Assembly (NCBI GenBank): GCA_964628985.1
Contig: CAZVNJ010000004.1
Coordinates: 23,628 to 87,627, forward strand
DNA from: an uncultured Dehalococcoides sp.
GTDB taxonomy: Bacteria; Chloroflexota; Dehalococcoidia; UBA2979
Length of the DNA stretch: 64,000 nucleotides
Direction: 5' to 3'
Each line of letters opens with the position of its first letter. Within the stretch, counting starts at the first letter, position 1. The position numbers and the translations under genes are program-made. Shown piece by piece: positions 19,345 to 27,689 of the stretch. Under the pieces are notes generated by a model, which was not told the DNA's origin, did not search any database, and saw only the letters and a list, made by a program, of their open reading frames with translations.

Positions 19345-20064
19345 ATGCGATTCGCAAGAGGGATGCTCGTGGCGGCCGCTTGCGTCTCGGTCCTGGCGCT
19401 GGCGGGATGTTCCAGCGGCGATGACGAGACCAAGAAGCAGGTCGAGGAACTCACCAAGCAGGTCGAGGCGCTGAACAAGGCCGTCATCATCGACGCCAAC
19501 GGCACCGCCCGTCTTGCAACACCAACTCCAGTGCCGATCGCGGAGTACAAGGACTTTGGCTTCGGCCTTCCTGTGCCGTCCAACGTCAAGCTCACCGCGA
19601 CCGGATTGAGCGGTAAGGACGCATCGCTTGATGGTGGGAGCGTGCTCGCCTCCTCCGGTGGCACAAGCCTCCTGCTCGTCTGGAATAAGGTCACGCCGCC
19701 CCTCTCTTCGCAGGAGTCCGTGGTGGGCGCGTTCAACGTCTTGCAGTCGCTCACGCAGGCGAAGTTCGAGGCGATGGGTGCGGGACAAGGCCTCACCGTA
19801 GACAACCAGCCGGGCTCGTACGGAACCTTCGTCACGCGGGATGCACGCGGCACCATCGACGGGGTCGGCATCATCGGTGGCTGGGTCTGCCCGAATGACA
19901 AGCGGTCATACGCCATCACCGTGACCGGCAAGGAACTCGATCCCGTGCAGCAGTCCTTCGTCTATCTCACCAACGGCTTCCGCTGTGAGGCGGGGAAGAC
20001 ACAGGCCGCGCCGGCCTCAACCCCGACACCGAGACCGACGGCGACGACGACCCCGCGCCCGTAG
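19345..20064 (+). CDS. Lipoprotein of unknown function
   Basis: MRFARGMLVAAACVSVLALAGCSSGDD lipobox (LAGC) and a C-terminal Pro/Thr-rich tail. Confidence 0.7.
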   Translation: MRFARGMLVAAACVSVLALAGCSSGDDETKKQVEELTKQVEALNKAVIIDANGTARLATPTPVPIAEYKDFGFGLPVPSNVKLTATGLSGKDASLDGGSVLASSGGTSLLLVWNKVTPPLSSQESVVGAFNVLQSLTQAKFEAMGAGQGLTVDNQPGSYGTFVTRDARGTIDGVGIIGGWVCPNDKRSYAITVTGKELDPVQQSFVYLTNGFRCEAGKTQAAPASTPTPRPTATTTPRP

Positions 20065-20119
20065 CGGCCGGTCACGATCAGGATCGCGGGCCCGCGGGCC
20101 CGATGAAAGAGGCACGTCG

Positions 20120-22795
20120 ATGAATCGACTACGTCTCCGAGCACACACCAGGCGACGGCTTTGGCGCGCGGCGCTCGCATGTGGCATCGCGACGATCATG
20201 GCCGGCTACACGGGATCCATCCTCACCTACGCGCAGGTCCCGCCGCCCCCACCGCCAGACGGTGGTGGGCTGCCTCCACCTCCGCCCCCGCCCGATGGTG
20301 GTGGCCTGCTTCCGCCTCCGCCTCCGCCTCCCGATGGTGGTGGTCTGCTTCCACCCCCGCCTCCGCCTCCCGATGGTGGTGGGTTCCCGCCACCCCCCGG
20401 CGGCGTGCTCCCTCCACCTCCCGGTGGAGAGTTTGGGCCACCCCCTCCGGGTGGTGGATTCCCGCCGCCTCCGGGTGGTGGATTCCCACCGCCTCCGGGT
20501 GGTGAGTTCGGACAGCCTCCCCCCGGCGGGCAGCCGGGCGCCCCACCTCCTGGCGGAGCCTTTGGCCCCCCTCCGGGGGGTGCATTCCCTCCGCCACCGG
20601 GCGGCGGCGCTCCTCCGGTCGGACAGCCCGGCGGTCTTCCCCCGGGTGGGAACTTTGGTCCGCCTCCTCCCGGTGGGCAGCCGGGCGGCCCGCCTCCGGG
20701 TGGGAACTTTGGTCCGCCCCCTCCCGGTGGGCAGCCGGGTGGCCCGCCTCCGGGTGGGAACTTTGGTCCGCCTCCTCCCGGTGGGCAGCCGGGAGGCCCG
20801 CCTCCAGGTGGGAACTTCGGCCCTCCGCCCCCGGGTGGCCAGCCCGGTGGTCCGCCGCCTCCGGGGGGGCAACCCGGAGGGCAGGCGCCGCCGCCCTTTA
20901 ACCCGAACAACCTGACTCAGGGTCCGAATAACAACCTCAACTTCTTCGGTGCTCCCCCGCAAGGTGGTCAGCCCGGCGGGCCACCACCGCCTGGCGGAGT
21001 TCCCGGAGGATTTGGGGCGCTCTTCGGTGCGGGTCCAGGAGCACCCGGTCAGCCGGGTGGGCAGCCGGGGCAGCCCGGTGGGGAGTTCCGCGGGTTCTTT
21101 GCGCCTCCTCCGGGCGGTGTTCCTGGCGGCGCGCCCAACCAGCCCGGCGGGCAACCCGGTCAACCCGGTGGTCAACCGGGCGGGCCGCCGCCCGCAGGAT
21201 CCGGCGGGCTCTTCAGCATCTTCACTCCCGGCGGTCCGCCGCCGGGCGGTGGATCGCCGGGTCAACCTGGCGGCCCCAACCCCCAGGGCGGTCCGCCGTC
21301 AGGCGGCCAACCGGGCGCTCCAGGTGGTGACGCGAGGGCGTTCTTCTTCGGCGGCGGTGCCCCATTCCCGGGTGCGCCCGGTACGCCCGGAACGCCCGGT
21401 GCTCCGGGTGGCCAGCCCCTGGGCGGTGGTCCAAACAGCGGTATCAACTTCTTCAGCGGCTCTGGTCCAGCCGGGCCGGGCGGAGCTCCGCCTGCAGGCG
21501 GGGCTCCCGGCGCTCCGAACGCTCCGGGCCAACCGTTCGCCGGCCTCCTCGGGTTCCCGCCGGCGGGTACCCCTGGAGCTCCCGGTGCGCCGGGCGGCCC
21601 TGCCGCGGGCGAACCTCGAGGATTCTTCGGGGCACCCCCGCCAGGTGGCCAGGGCGGCCCAGGAGGGCCCGGTGGCGCCCCAGGCGGCCCGGCCGGCGGT
21701 CCACCGGCTGGTGCGCCGGGTGGCGGTCTGTTCGCCCTCTTCGGTCCCGGCCCAGGCGGCGCTCCTCCCGGTGCTCCTGGTCCCGGTGCTCCTGGGCCGG
21801 GCGGTGCCGGTGGCCCGGGTGCGCCGGGTGCGCCGGGTGGTCAGCCGGGCCAGCCCGGACAGGCGGGTGGCGATGCCCGTGCGTTCTTCTTCAATGGAGG
21901 GGCACCCCAGCCGGGCGGTTCCGCCGGGCCTCCGTCTGGTGGACCGCCGCCACTTGGCAGCGGTCCGAATACGGGTCTCAACTTCTTTGGTGTTTCGCTC
22001 GCCGGTGGCCCACCGCCGGCGGGCGCGCCAGGAGCGCCGGGCGGCCTACCGCCAGCCTTCGCAGGTCTCTTCGGCCCGCCGGGTACTCCCGGGGTGCCGG
22101 GTGGTGCAGCAGGCGGGCCTCCGGCTGGGACGCCGGGTACGCCCGGTACGCCCGGCGGCGCGGGCAATGCTCCAACGGGCCCAGCGGGCGCTCTTCGAGG
22201 CTTCCTACCACCACCTCCGGGCGGAACGCCTGGTGGTGGTGCGCCCGGCGCACCGGGCGGTGGTGCACCCGGTGGTGGTGCGCCAGGTGGTGGTTCGCCA
22301 GGTGGTGGTTCGCCAGGTGGTGGTTCGCCAGGTGGAGCGCCAGGTGGTGGCCAGGGACTCTTCGCCCTCTTCACGCCGGGTGGCGGCACGCCGCCCCCGG
22401 GCGGGGCTCCTCCGGCTGGTGTGCCTGGTTCGACTGGTCCGGTGGACGCGAGGGCCTTCTTCTTCGGCGGGCCACCAGGCGGTGCTCCGGGGACGCCCCC
22501 TCCAGGGGCCGGTCCGGGCGCACCAGGAGGTGCACCAGGAGGTGCACCCGGTGGGCCGCCACCTCCCGGCGCACCCCCCGCCGGTGGCGGATTCTTCGCC
22601 GGGACAGACGTGGCGCCACCACCAGGGGGTGCCGCTCCAGGTGTCCCGGGTGGACCTCCTGCGGGTGCCCCACCAGCCGGCGGTGGATTCTTTGCCGGGA
22701 CCGATGCTGCTCCGGCGGGCGGTCCTGCGGGAACGCCGCCCCCGGGCGGTACGCCACTCACGGGAGGCTTCTTCGCAGGGACGAATATTCAATAG
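20120..22795 (+). CDS. 891-aa exported Pro/Gly-rich low-complexity protein with periodic Phe motifs
   Basis: ATG 20120 after AAGAGG. N-terminal MNRLRLRAHTRRRLWRAALACGIATIMAGYTGSILTYA is a signal or anchor, possibly Tat-like. The rest is almost entirely P/G/A/Q with ordered F-containing motifs. Confidence 0.7.
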   Translation: MNRLRLRAHTRRRLWRAALACGIATIMAGYTGSILTYAQVPPPPPPDGGGLPPPPPPPDGGGLLPPPPPPPDGGGLLPPPPPPPDGGGFPPPPGGVLPPPPGGEFGPPPPGGGFPPPPGGGFPPPPGGEFGQPPPGGQPGAPPPGGAFGPPPGGAFPPPPGGGAPPVGQPGGLPPGGNFGPPPPGGQPGGPPPGGNFGPPPPGGQPGGPPPGGNFGPPPPGGQPGGPPPGGNFGPPPPGGQPGGPPPPGGQPGGQAPPPFNPNNLTQGPNNNLNFFGAPPQGGQPGGPPPPGGVPGGFGALFGAGPGAPGQPGGQPGQPGGEFRGFFAPPPGGVPGGAPNQPGGQPGQPGGQPGGPPPAGSGGLFSIFTPGGPPPGGGSPGQPGGPNPQGGPPSGGQPGAPGGDARAFFFGGGAPFPGAPGTPGTPGAPGGQPLGGGPNSGINFFSGSGPAGPGGAPPAGGAPGAPNAPGQPFAGLLGFPPAGTPGAPGAPGGPAAGEPRGFFGAPPPGGQGGPGGPGGAPGGPAGGPPAGAPGGGLFALFGPGPGGAPPGAPGPGAPGPGGAGGPGAPGAPGGQPGQPGQAGGDARAFFFNGGAPQPGGSAGPPSGGPPPLGSGPNTGLNFFGVSLAGGPPPAGAPGAPGGLPPAFAGLFGPPGTPGVPGGAAGGPPAGTPGTPGTPGGAGNAPTGPAGALRGFLPPPPGGTPGGGAPGAPGGGAPGGGAPGGGSPGGGSPGGGSPGGAPGGGQGLFALFTPGGGTPPPGGAPPAGVPGSTGPVDARAFFFGGPPGGAPGTPPPGAGPGAPGGAPGGAPGGPPPPGAPPAGGGFFAGTDVAPPPGGAAPGVPGGPPAGAPPAGGGFFAGTDAAPAGGPAGTPPPGGTPLTGGFFAGTNIQ
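20240..20386 (+). repeat. Tandem repeat of ~33-39 bp x4 encoding PPPPPPPDGGGL(L)
   Basis: Read directly from the sequence, for example ccgcctccgcctccgcctcccgatggtggtggtctgctt. Confidence 0.9.
20642..20857 (+). repeat. Tandem repeat of 54 bp x4 encoding PGGNFGPPPPGGQPGGPP
   Basis: Units start at 20642, 20696, 20750 and 20804 and are nearly identical at the DNA level. Confidence 0.95.
22256..22330 (+). repeat. Tandem repeat of 15 bp x5 encoding GGG(A/S)P
   Basis: ggtggtggttcgcca occurs x3, preceded by two Ala variants. Confidence 0.9.
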
Positions 22796-23024
22796 CGAGG
22801 TCGGGTCACCTCAAGTCGCTGCCTCCAGGGAGGGCGCCTCGCAAGAGGCGCTCTCTCTGTATGTTGGGTCGAGACTGTTGGCTCGAACGTCGCGGGTTTG
22901 CCATTCGCTGGGACGACGCACCGCTTCTCCGTCTTTCGCCTCGGCGAGTCGACGGCGTCATGTTGTGTGGAGAGAATGAAGCGCAGATGGTCGGGGCTCC
23001 GCCTGCGACCACGTGAGGAGCAAG

Positions 23025-23534
23025 ATGCCGCGCTCTCGGAAATCGCTCGCGCTCGCGCTCACACTGTCGCTCGTCGCCTTTTTCGCGGCCGCGTGTTCGC
23101 GAGTACAGACGGATCAAGTCGCTCCGAGTCCCACGCCGACTGAGACTCCCGCCCCGGTTGCAGCGCCGCCGAGCGACCCATGTGCCCAGTGGACAGAGGT
23201 GGCACGCCTCGGGGCCGGTGCCTTCAATGGAGGCGCCCCCGAACTGCGGGTCAGCATCCCGAAGGCAGCCGAGGCGTTCTCGGTGTTCGCGCAGTCCGCT
23301 CCCGCAGCCGTGCGCGACGACGCGGGGCTGCTGGCGGAGCGGTGGAACGCGGTGGCGAAGGAAATGCGCCGTGTTGACTATGAGCCAGCAAGGCTCGCCA
23401 CGGACGCCCAACTCCGTGAATCCGTCGCTGCCTTCGGGACCGCTCCGGCGCGTGATGCGCAGAGCCGGATCGACTCGTGGTCTCGTGCCAACTGCAGCAC
23501 ACCAGCCACGCAGACGCCAACCGCGCGCCCCTAG
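23025..23534 (+). CDS. Lipoprotein of unknown function
   Basis: MPRSRKSLALALTLSLVAFFAAACSRV lipobox followed by a Pro/Thr linker. The start could instead be GTG 23013. Confidence 0.6.
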   Translation: MPRSRKSLALALTLSLVAFFAAACSRVQTDQVAPSPTPTETPAPVAAPPSDPCAQWTEVARLGAGAFNGGAPELRVSIPKAAEAFSVFAQSAPAAVRDDAGLLAERWNAVAKEMRRVDYEPARLATDAQLRESVAAFGTAPARDAQSRIDSWSRANCSTPATQTPTARP

Positions 23535-23606
23535 CCCTCGGCTGCTGCTAACCCCGGCGCTGACGCGACCTGCGCGGTGGTGCGCAGTCGGGTGGCGGTT
23601 CGGTCG

Positions 23607-24509
23607 TCAGCGATCGAGCCGCAGTCCGTGTTGATCGATCGCAATACGGATTTCGTTGAGAAGTTGCGTGCCCATGCGCCGTCCGTCGGGGAATTGATCG
23701 CGGTAGTCCCAGCGCCACGCGGCAACTATCGCCAGCATCAACACCCAGCAGACGCGGACCAGTTCTTGGTCGGCACGCCGATACTGCTCGCTCACCCGAG
23801 AGTGGTAGTGCCTGTCCGCTGACGCGCCGTTCCCGACGCCCGCGGGTAATCCGGAGCAATGCGCGATGTCAAACTCGATCGGACCGTAGCAGCATGTCTC
23901 GAGGTCAATGAACAGGAGCCCCTGCTGCGTCCGGAGGAGATTGCCGGCATGGGGCTCGCCGTGTAGCAGTTGCTCCGGTGCGCCCCGGTCCTGGACCATT
24001 CGCGTGAGTGAACGGAGCGTGCTGCTCAGTAGGCTGCGGTCGGCGTCAGTCAGGTCCGGCGTGAAGAGTCGATCATCGACGAGTGCCTGCGCCTCCAATA
24101 CCCGGTCCGTAAAGTGCGGCGCTGCCAGGTCGGCCTGCCGCATGCTGGCATGCAAGCGCTCTAGAACTTCCACGTAGGCACGCGGTTCCATGTCACCGGG
24201 TGCGGACGGGTAGTACGTCCAGAGCGTGATGGCGTACCCGTCTCGGACGTGGACCGCAGCCTCCACGCGGGGATCGAGCCCGGCCACCGGGGCGTTGACG
24301 GCGACGAGCCGCCGGGCCGCCTCGACCTCGAAGGCGGCCCCGGCCTGGTGCCCGCCGGGCGCGACTCGGGCCAGGACGTCGCAGGGCATCAGCCGCACAG
24401 CGAGCCGGTTCGAGGCCTGAAGGACAGCCGCGTCCTCCACCCTTAGCCCAAGCGCCGTCGCGGTGGAGACGGCTGCGCCGATCGCCCGGGTCACTTCGGC
24501 GGTGTCCAT
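23607..24509 (-). CDS. Phosphotransferase (APH/choline-kinase-like) family protein
   Basis: LLHGEPHAGNLL (Brenner motif) and LFIDLETCCYGPIEFDIAH motifs. Confidence 0.75.
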   Translation of the reverse strand: MDTAEVTRAIGAAVSTATALGLRVEDAAVLQASNRLAVRLMPCDVLARVAPGGHQAGAAFEVEAARRLVAVNAPVAGLDPRVEAAVHVRDGYAITLWTYYPSAPGDMEPRAYVEVLERLHASMRQADLAAPHFTDRVLEAQALVDDRLFTPDLTDADRSLLSSTLRSLTRMVQDRGAPEQLLHGEPHAGNLLRTQQGLLFIDLETCCYGPIEFDIAHCSGLPAGVGNGASADRHYHSRVSEQYRRADQELVRVCWVLMLAIVAAWRWDYRDQFPDGRRMGTQLLNEIRIAIDQHGLRLDR

Positions 24510-24790
24510 CGCGGTGGCGTCCTGTTCGCGTCCGCAGAGACGCTCTCACGACTCGAACCGGATGAGCGAGCGCGGGGCGATCGCAGCCGCCCGTCACCTC
24601 CCGCCTTCGAGCTGGGGTCGATGCCCGAGGGCGCTCGCTTCCTGACATTTCCTGCCACTGTCCGTCCCTGAGGCAGAGTGGCCGGCTGCCCCCTGCACGC
24701 TCGGCGGCCTCGTGCGCTACGCTCCCGACCGCCCGGATCGAGGCGCCTGATAGCCCTCGAGTTCGCGCCGCAAGCCACTTGCGGGCATCA

Positions 24791-24802
24791 GAACAAGTGT
24801 TC
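24791..24802 (+). promoter_or_regulatory. LexA/SOS box GAACaagtGTTC ahead of the phage-like packaging operon
   Basis: Perfect palindrome AGAACaagtGTTCT lying in the spacer of a TTGCGG-N18-TACTCT candidate promoter, 34 nt before ATG 24836. Confidence 0.6.
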
Positions 24803-24835
24803 TACTCTCCCTCTCCCAACGAGAGGGGGCAGGCA

Positions 24836-25129
24836 ATGGACACTGGCTGGGGCGACCTCTGGCACGGACTTGGCATCGCCCAGCAGGCAGCGCTCCTCGG
24901 CGGCGCCGTTGCCAACTCGGCCTACTTCGTCCATCGCGCGCTGATCGAGCGGGGCGCGGTCCGCCTCGCAGCCGCCGTCCTCGGCGGCCTCTTTGGCGGC
25001 GTGGCCCTGGAGGCCACCGCGCGCCTCGAGCACGCGGGAAGCACCGCCGAGATTGTCCGGCGTGCCCCACTGCTCGCCGCCACCCTTGTCGCCTTCGCCC
25101 TCGTCGCGCTCCCGCGAGGTGCGCGATGA
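24836..25129 (+). CDS. Small membrane protein (holin-like by position and topology only)
   Basis: 97 aa with 2-3 hydrophobic segments and a GAGAGGGGG Shine-Dalgarno. It is the first gene of a translationally coupled string. Confidence 0.5.
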   Translation: MDTGWGDLWHGLGIAQQAALLGGAVANSAYFVHRALIERGAVRLAAAVLGGLFGGVALEATARLEHAGSTAEIVRRAPLLAATLVAFALVALPRGAR

Positions 25130-25287
25130 GCGCCGGGATGCTCGCCGCTGACATCGAGGCTGGCCGCTACGAGATCGCCGCGCTGCGGCTCATCTCCGGA
25201 TTCCTGATCGCGCTGCGTGAAAGTGCTCCGCCGGCCCGCGAGGCCTTGCTCACGCTCCTGACGCGAGAAGACGGTGGCCAGGCATGA
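25126..25287 (+). CDS. Hypothetical 53-aa protein
   Basis: Below the ORF-track cutoff. Read by hand as MSAGMLAADIEAGRYEIAALRLISGFLIALRESAPPAREALLTLLTREDGGQA, with ATGA overlaps at both ends. Confidence 0.4.
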   Translation: MSAGMLAADIEAGRYEIAALRLISGFLIALRESAPPAREALLTLLTREDGGQA

Positions 25288-25598
25288 CCGACGGCAGCAC
25301 CTTCTACGACCGTGCACTCGACGCTGCGGACCGCGACGCGGTTGATGCCGCGCGTGGCGTCCACGGGATCGACGACGAAGTAGCGCTGCTGCGGGTCCAG
25401 GTACGGCGACTACTTGAGGCCGGGAACCCGGATCCGAAGGTGCTGCAGTCTGGTATCCGGTTGCTGATCCAGGCCCTCGCTGCCCAGCATCGCTTGAGCG
25501 GCGCACAGGCGGAGGGCGTCGAAAGCGCCGCCGCCGCCGCCATCGAGCAGTTCGCGGCGCTCATGCATCCTCTCGACACGACAGGCGATGCCGCGTGA
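25284..25598 (+). CDS. Hypothetical phage-module protein (104 aa)
   Basis: In-string coupled ORF. It is helical with a DEVALLRVQVRRLLE segment, and a small-terminase role cannot be shown. Confidence 0.45.
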   Translation: MTDGSTFYDRALDAADRDAVDAARGVHGIDDEVALLRVQVRRLLEAGNPDPKVLQSGIRLLIQALAAQHRLSGAQAEGVESAAAAAIEQFAALMHPLDTTGDAA

Positions 25599-25834
25599 AC
25601 CGCGCCCACCACAACACGGGGCGGCTCGCGGAGGCGCTCCGCGTGCTCTCGCGCGCCCGTCGTGCCGCGCCGATCGCCGCCCACGCGGCGCCCCCGACGC
25701 TGCTCGAGGTCGGCCTGCGTCTCGCCTCGCTTGAGCGGGAGGTCGCTGAGGTGCGCTCGCGCGTGAACGGTGTGCTGTTCGCCGTCGTCGCCTCCGTCCT
25801 CGCCCAACTCGCGACGAAGGTGGTGGTGGGATGA
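25595..25834 (+). CDS. Hypothetical protein with a C-terminal TM helix (79 aa)
   Basis: GTGA overlap upstream and ATGA overlap downstream, with C-terminal VNGVLFAVVASVLAQLATKVVVG. Confidence 0.45.
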   Translation: MNRAHHNTGRLAEALRVLSRARRAAPIAAHAAPPTLLEVGLRLASLEREVAEVRSRVNGVLFAVVASVLAQLATKVVVG

Positions 25835-27222
25835 GCCTTCCCATGCTGCGCCCGTACCAGGCTGAGATCGCACGGGCGATCCTCGGACGCGTCGCTGCCC
25901 GCAGCGGTGGCTCGCTCTCCATCGAAGTGGCGCGACAGGGCGGTAAGAACGAAACCTCCGCTCAGGTTGAACTGCTCACGCTGACCGCGCATTCCGGCGC
26001 TGGCGGAGCGCTCGTGAAGTGCGCGCCCACGCTACAACCGCAGGCACTCATCTCCCTCGACCGGCTGGAGTCCCGAGCACGCGGGGCCGGCCTCGGCCGG
26101 TCTGTGCGGCGCTCCGGGACCACCGTGCGTTGCGGGCGAGCCGTCGCTCACTTTCTCTCCGCGGAGCGCGGCGCCAACGTCGTCGGTCACACTGCTGACC
26201 TGTTGCTCGAGGTGGACGAGGCGCAGGACGTCGACCCGGAGAAGTTCGACCGCGACTTCCGGCCGATGGCGGCTGCCTCGGACGCGCCCGTCGTCTACTA
26301 CGGCACTCCGTGGGGATCGCGATCGCTGCTCGCGCAGGCGAGGGCCCACCACGTCGCGCTCGAGCGTCGAGGTGGCGGGCAGCGGCATTTCCGCGTGGAC
26401 TGGGAACAAGTGGCGGGGAGCCACCCGCCGTATCGACGCTACGTGGAGGCGGAGCGTGACCGCCTCGGTGAGCGGCACCCGCTCTTCCGCACGCAGTACC
26501 TCCTCGAGGAAGTCGCCGACGCGGGCCGGCTGTTCGACGCCGCCACCCTGGCTCAGATCGAGGGTGACCACGACCGCCTGAGCGCGCCGCGCGACGGCGA
26601 CCGCTACGTCGCAGGCCTCGACCTCGCCGGGCCCGCGCTCGATGGGCGTGCAAGGCCTGAGCGTGACTGGACCGTGCTCACCATTGCCCGCGTGCTTCGC
26701 GCGCAGACGCTGGACGGCCGCGGCCTGCCCTCGATCGAGGTAGTGGAGCACCAGGCGTGGCAGGGCGCGGCGACCGAGCCGCTCCTGCAGACCCTCGCGG
26801 ACCGGCTGCGTCGCGTCTGGCGCATCGTCCGTGTCGCCGTCGACGCGACGGGCCTCGGGGCGCCGGTTGCGGACCTGCTGGCGAATGCCCTCGGACGGGG
26901 CGTGGTGGATCCCGTGGTGTTCACGGGCGAGCGCAAGAGCCGGCTCGGGTACGCGCTGCTGGCCGCGGTGCACGCGGGCCGGCTGCGCCTCTACCGCCCG
27001 GACGGTAGCCCGGAGCACGTGTCGTGCCGATCGCAACTCGCGCTGGCGCGCGCGGCCTACGGCTCAAGCCACGCCATGCAGTTCGACGTCGACCCCGCCG
27101 AGGGGCACGACGACTACCTGATGAGCCTCGCACTCGCGGTGCACGCCGCGGGTGTGGACGGCGGACCGCGCGTCGCACGCGGCCGCACGACGGATGGTGC
27201 GACAGATGGGGGTGTCCAGTGA
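25831..27222 (+). CDS. Phage terminase large subunit
   Basis: Walker-A-like ARQGGKNETS and Walker-B LLLEVDEAQDV. Nuclease-domain acidic blocks VAGLDLAG..DWTVLTIA, VAVDATGLG and HDDYLMSLALA. Confidence 0.8.
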   Translation: MSLPMLRPYQAEIARAILGRVAARSGGSLSIEVARQGGKNETSAQVELLTLTAHSGAGGALVKCAPTLQPQALISLDRLESRARGAGLGRSVRRSGTTVRCGRAVAHFLSAERGANVVGHTADLLLEVDEAQDVDPEKFDRDFRPMAAASDAPVVYYGTPWGSRSLLAQARAHHVALERRGGGQRHFRVDWEQVAGSHPPYRRYVEAERDRLGERHPLFRTQYLLEEVADAGRLFDAATLAQIEGDHDRLSAPRDGDRYVAGLDLAGPALDGRARPERDWTVLTIARVLRAQTLDGRGLPSIEVVEHQAWQGAATEPLLQTLADRLRRVWRIVRVAVDATGLGAPVADLLANALGRGVVDPVVFTGERKSRLGYALLAAVHAGRLRLYRPDGSPEHVSCRSQLALARAAYGSSHAMQFDVDPAEGHDDYLMSLALAVHAAGVDGGPRVARGRTTDGATDGGVQ

Positions 27223-27689
27223 CCGACATGACCGACATGACTGACAGGACAGACGTCGCGACGTACGAGGGCTCAGTCGACGTCCTCGACGGGGTCTCGG
27301 GTGGCGGGGGCTACAGCGGTGGGAGTGTCTTCGCGCTCCCGGTCATGACGGCGGCCGCCGTCTATGCACGCCGCCACGGCCAGGTGCGGAGTGACGCGCT
27401 CCCCGAGCACATCGAGTACCGCGACGAAGGCTGCGACCTGTTCGCGTCCTGCCTGACCTGCCCGCTTCCCCGCTGCCGGTACGACGAGCCGGGCGGCGTG
27501 CGCGCCATGCTGAACCGCGAGCGCGATCACCAGATCCGTGCGTTGCGCGAGGACCCCAGCCTCTCCGTGGACGACATCGCGGACCGCTTCGGTGTCTCAC
27601 GCCGCACCGTCTTCCGCGCGCTCGAGGGCCACGTGACCCGTTGTGGCGCCCGCCCCGAGGCTGGGCGCGAGGGGAAGAGGAGCGCCTGA
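27219..27689 (+). CDS. Cys-cluster plus helix-turn-helix protein (156 aa)
   Basis: CDLFASCLTCPLPRC cluster followed by LSVDDIADRFGVSRRTVFRALEG, an HTH. GTGA and TGATG overlaps link it to terminase and portal. Confidence 0.6.
   Translation: MTDMTDMTDRTDVATYEGSVDVLDGVSGGGGYSGGSVFALPVMTAAAVYARRHGQVRSDALPEHIEYRDEGCDLFASCLTCPLPRCRYDEPGGVRAMLNRERDHQIRALREDPSLSVDDIADRFGVSRRTVFRALEGHVTRCGARPEAGREGKRSA

Noticed and set aside
20129-22792. Several long antisense or out-of-frame ORFs across the PG-rich gene (for example 20129..21265-, 21841..22761-, 20949..22979+).
   Set aside because: They are mirror images or frame-shifts of the same CCN/GGN low-complexity DNA. Only the 20120 frame has a ribosome-binding site, a signal-like N-terminus and ordered motifs.
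23535-24835. Looked for integrase, att sites or a tRNA to define a prophage boundary left of the packaging module.
   Set aside because: None found; the neighbour is an APH-like kinase. I therefore do not call a prophage with defined ends.
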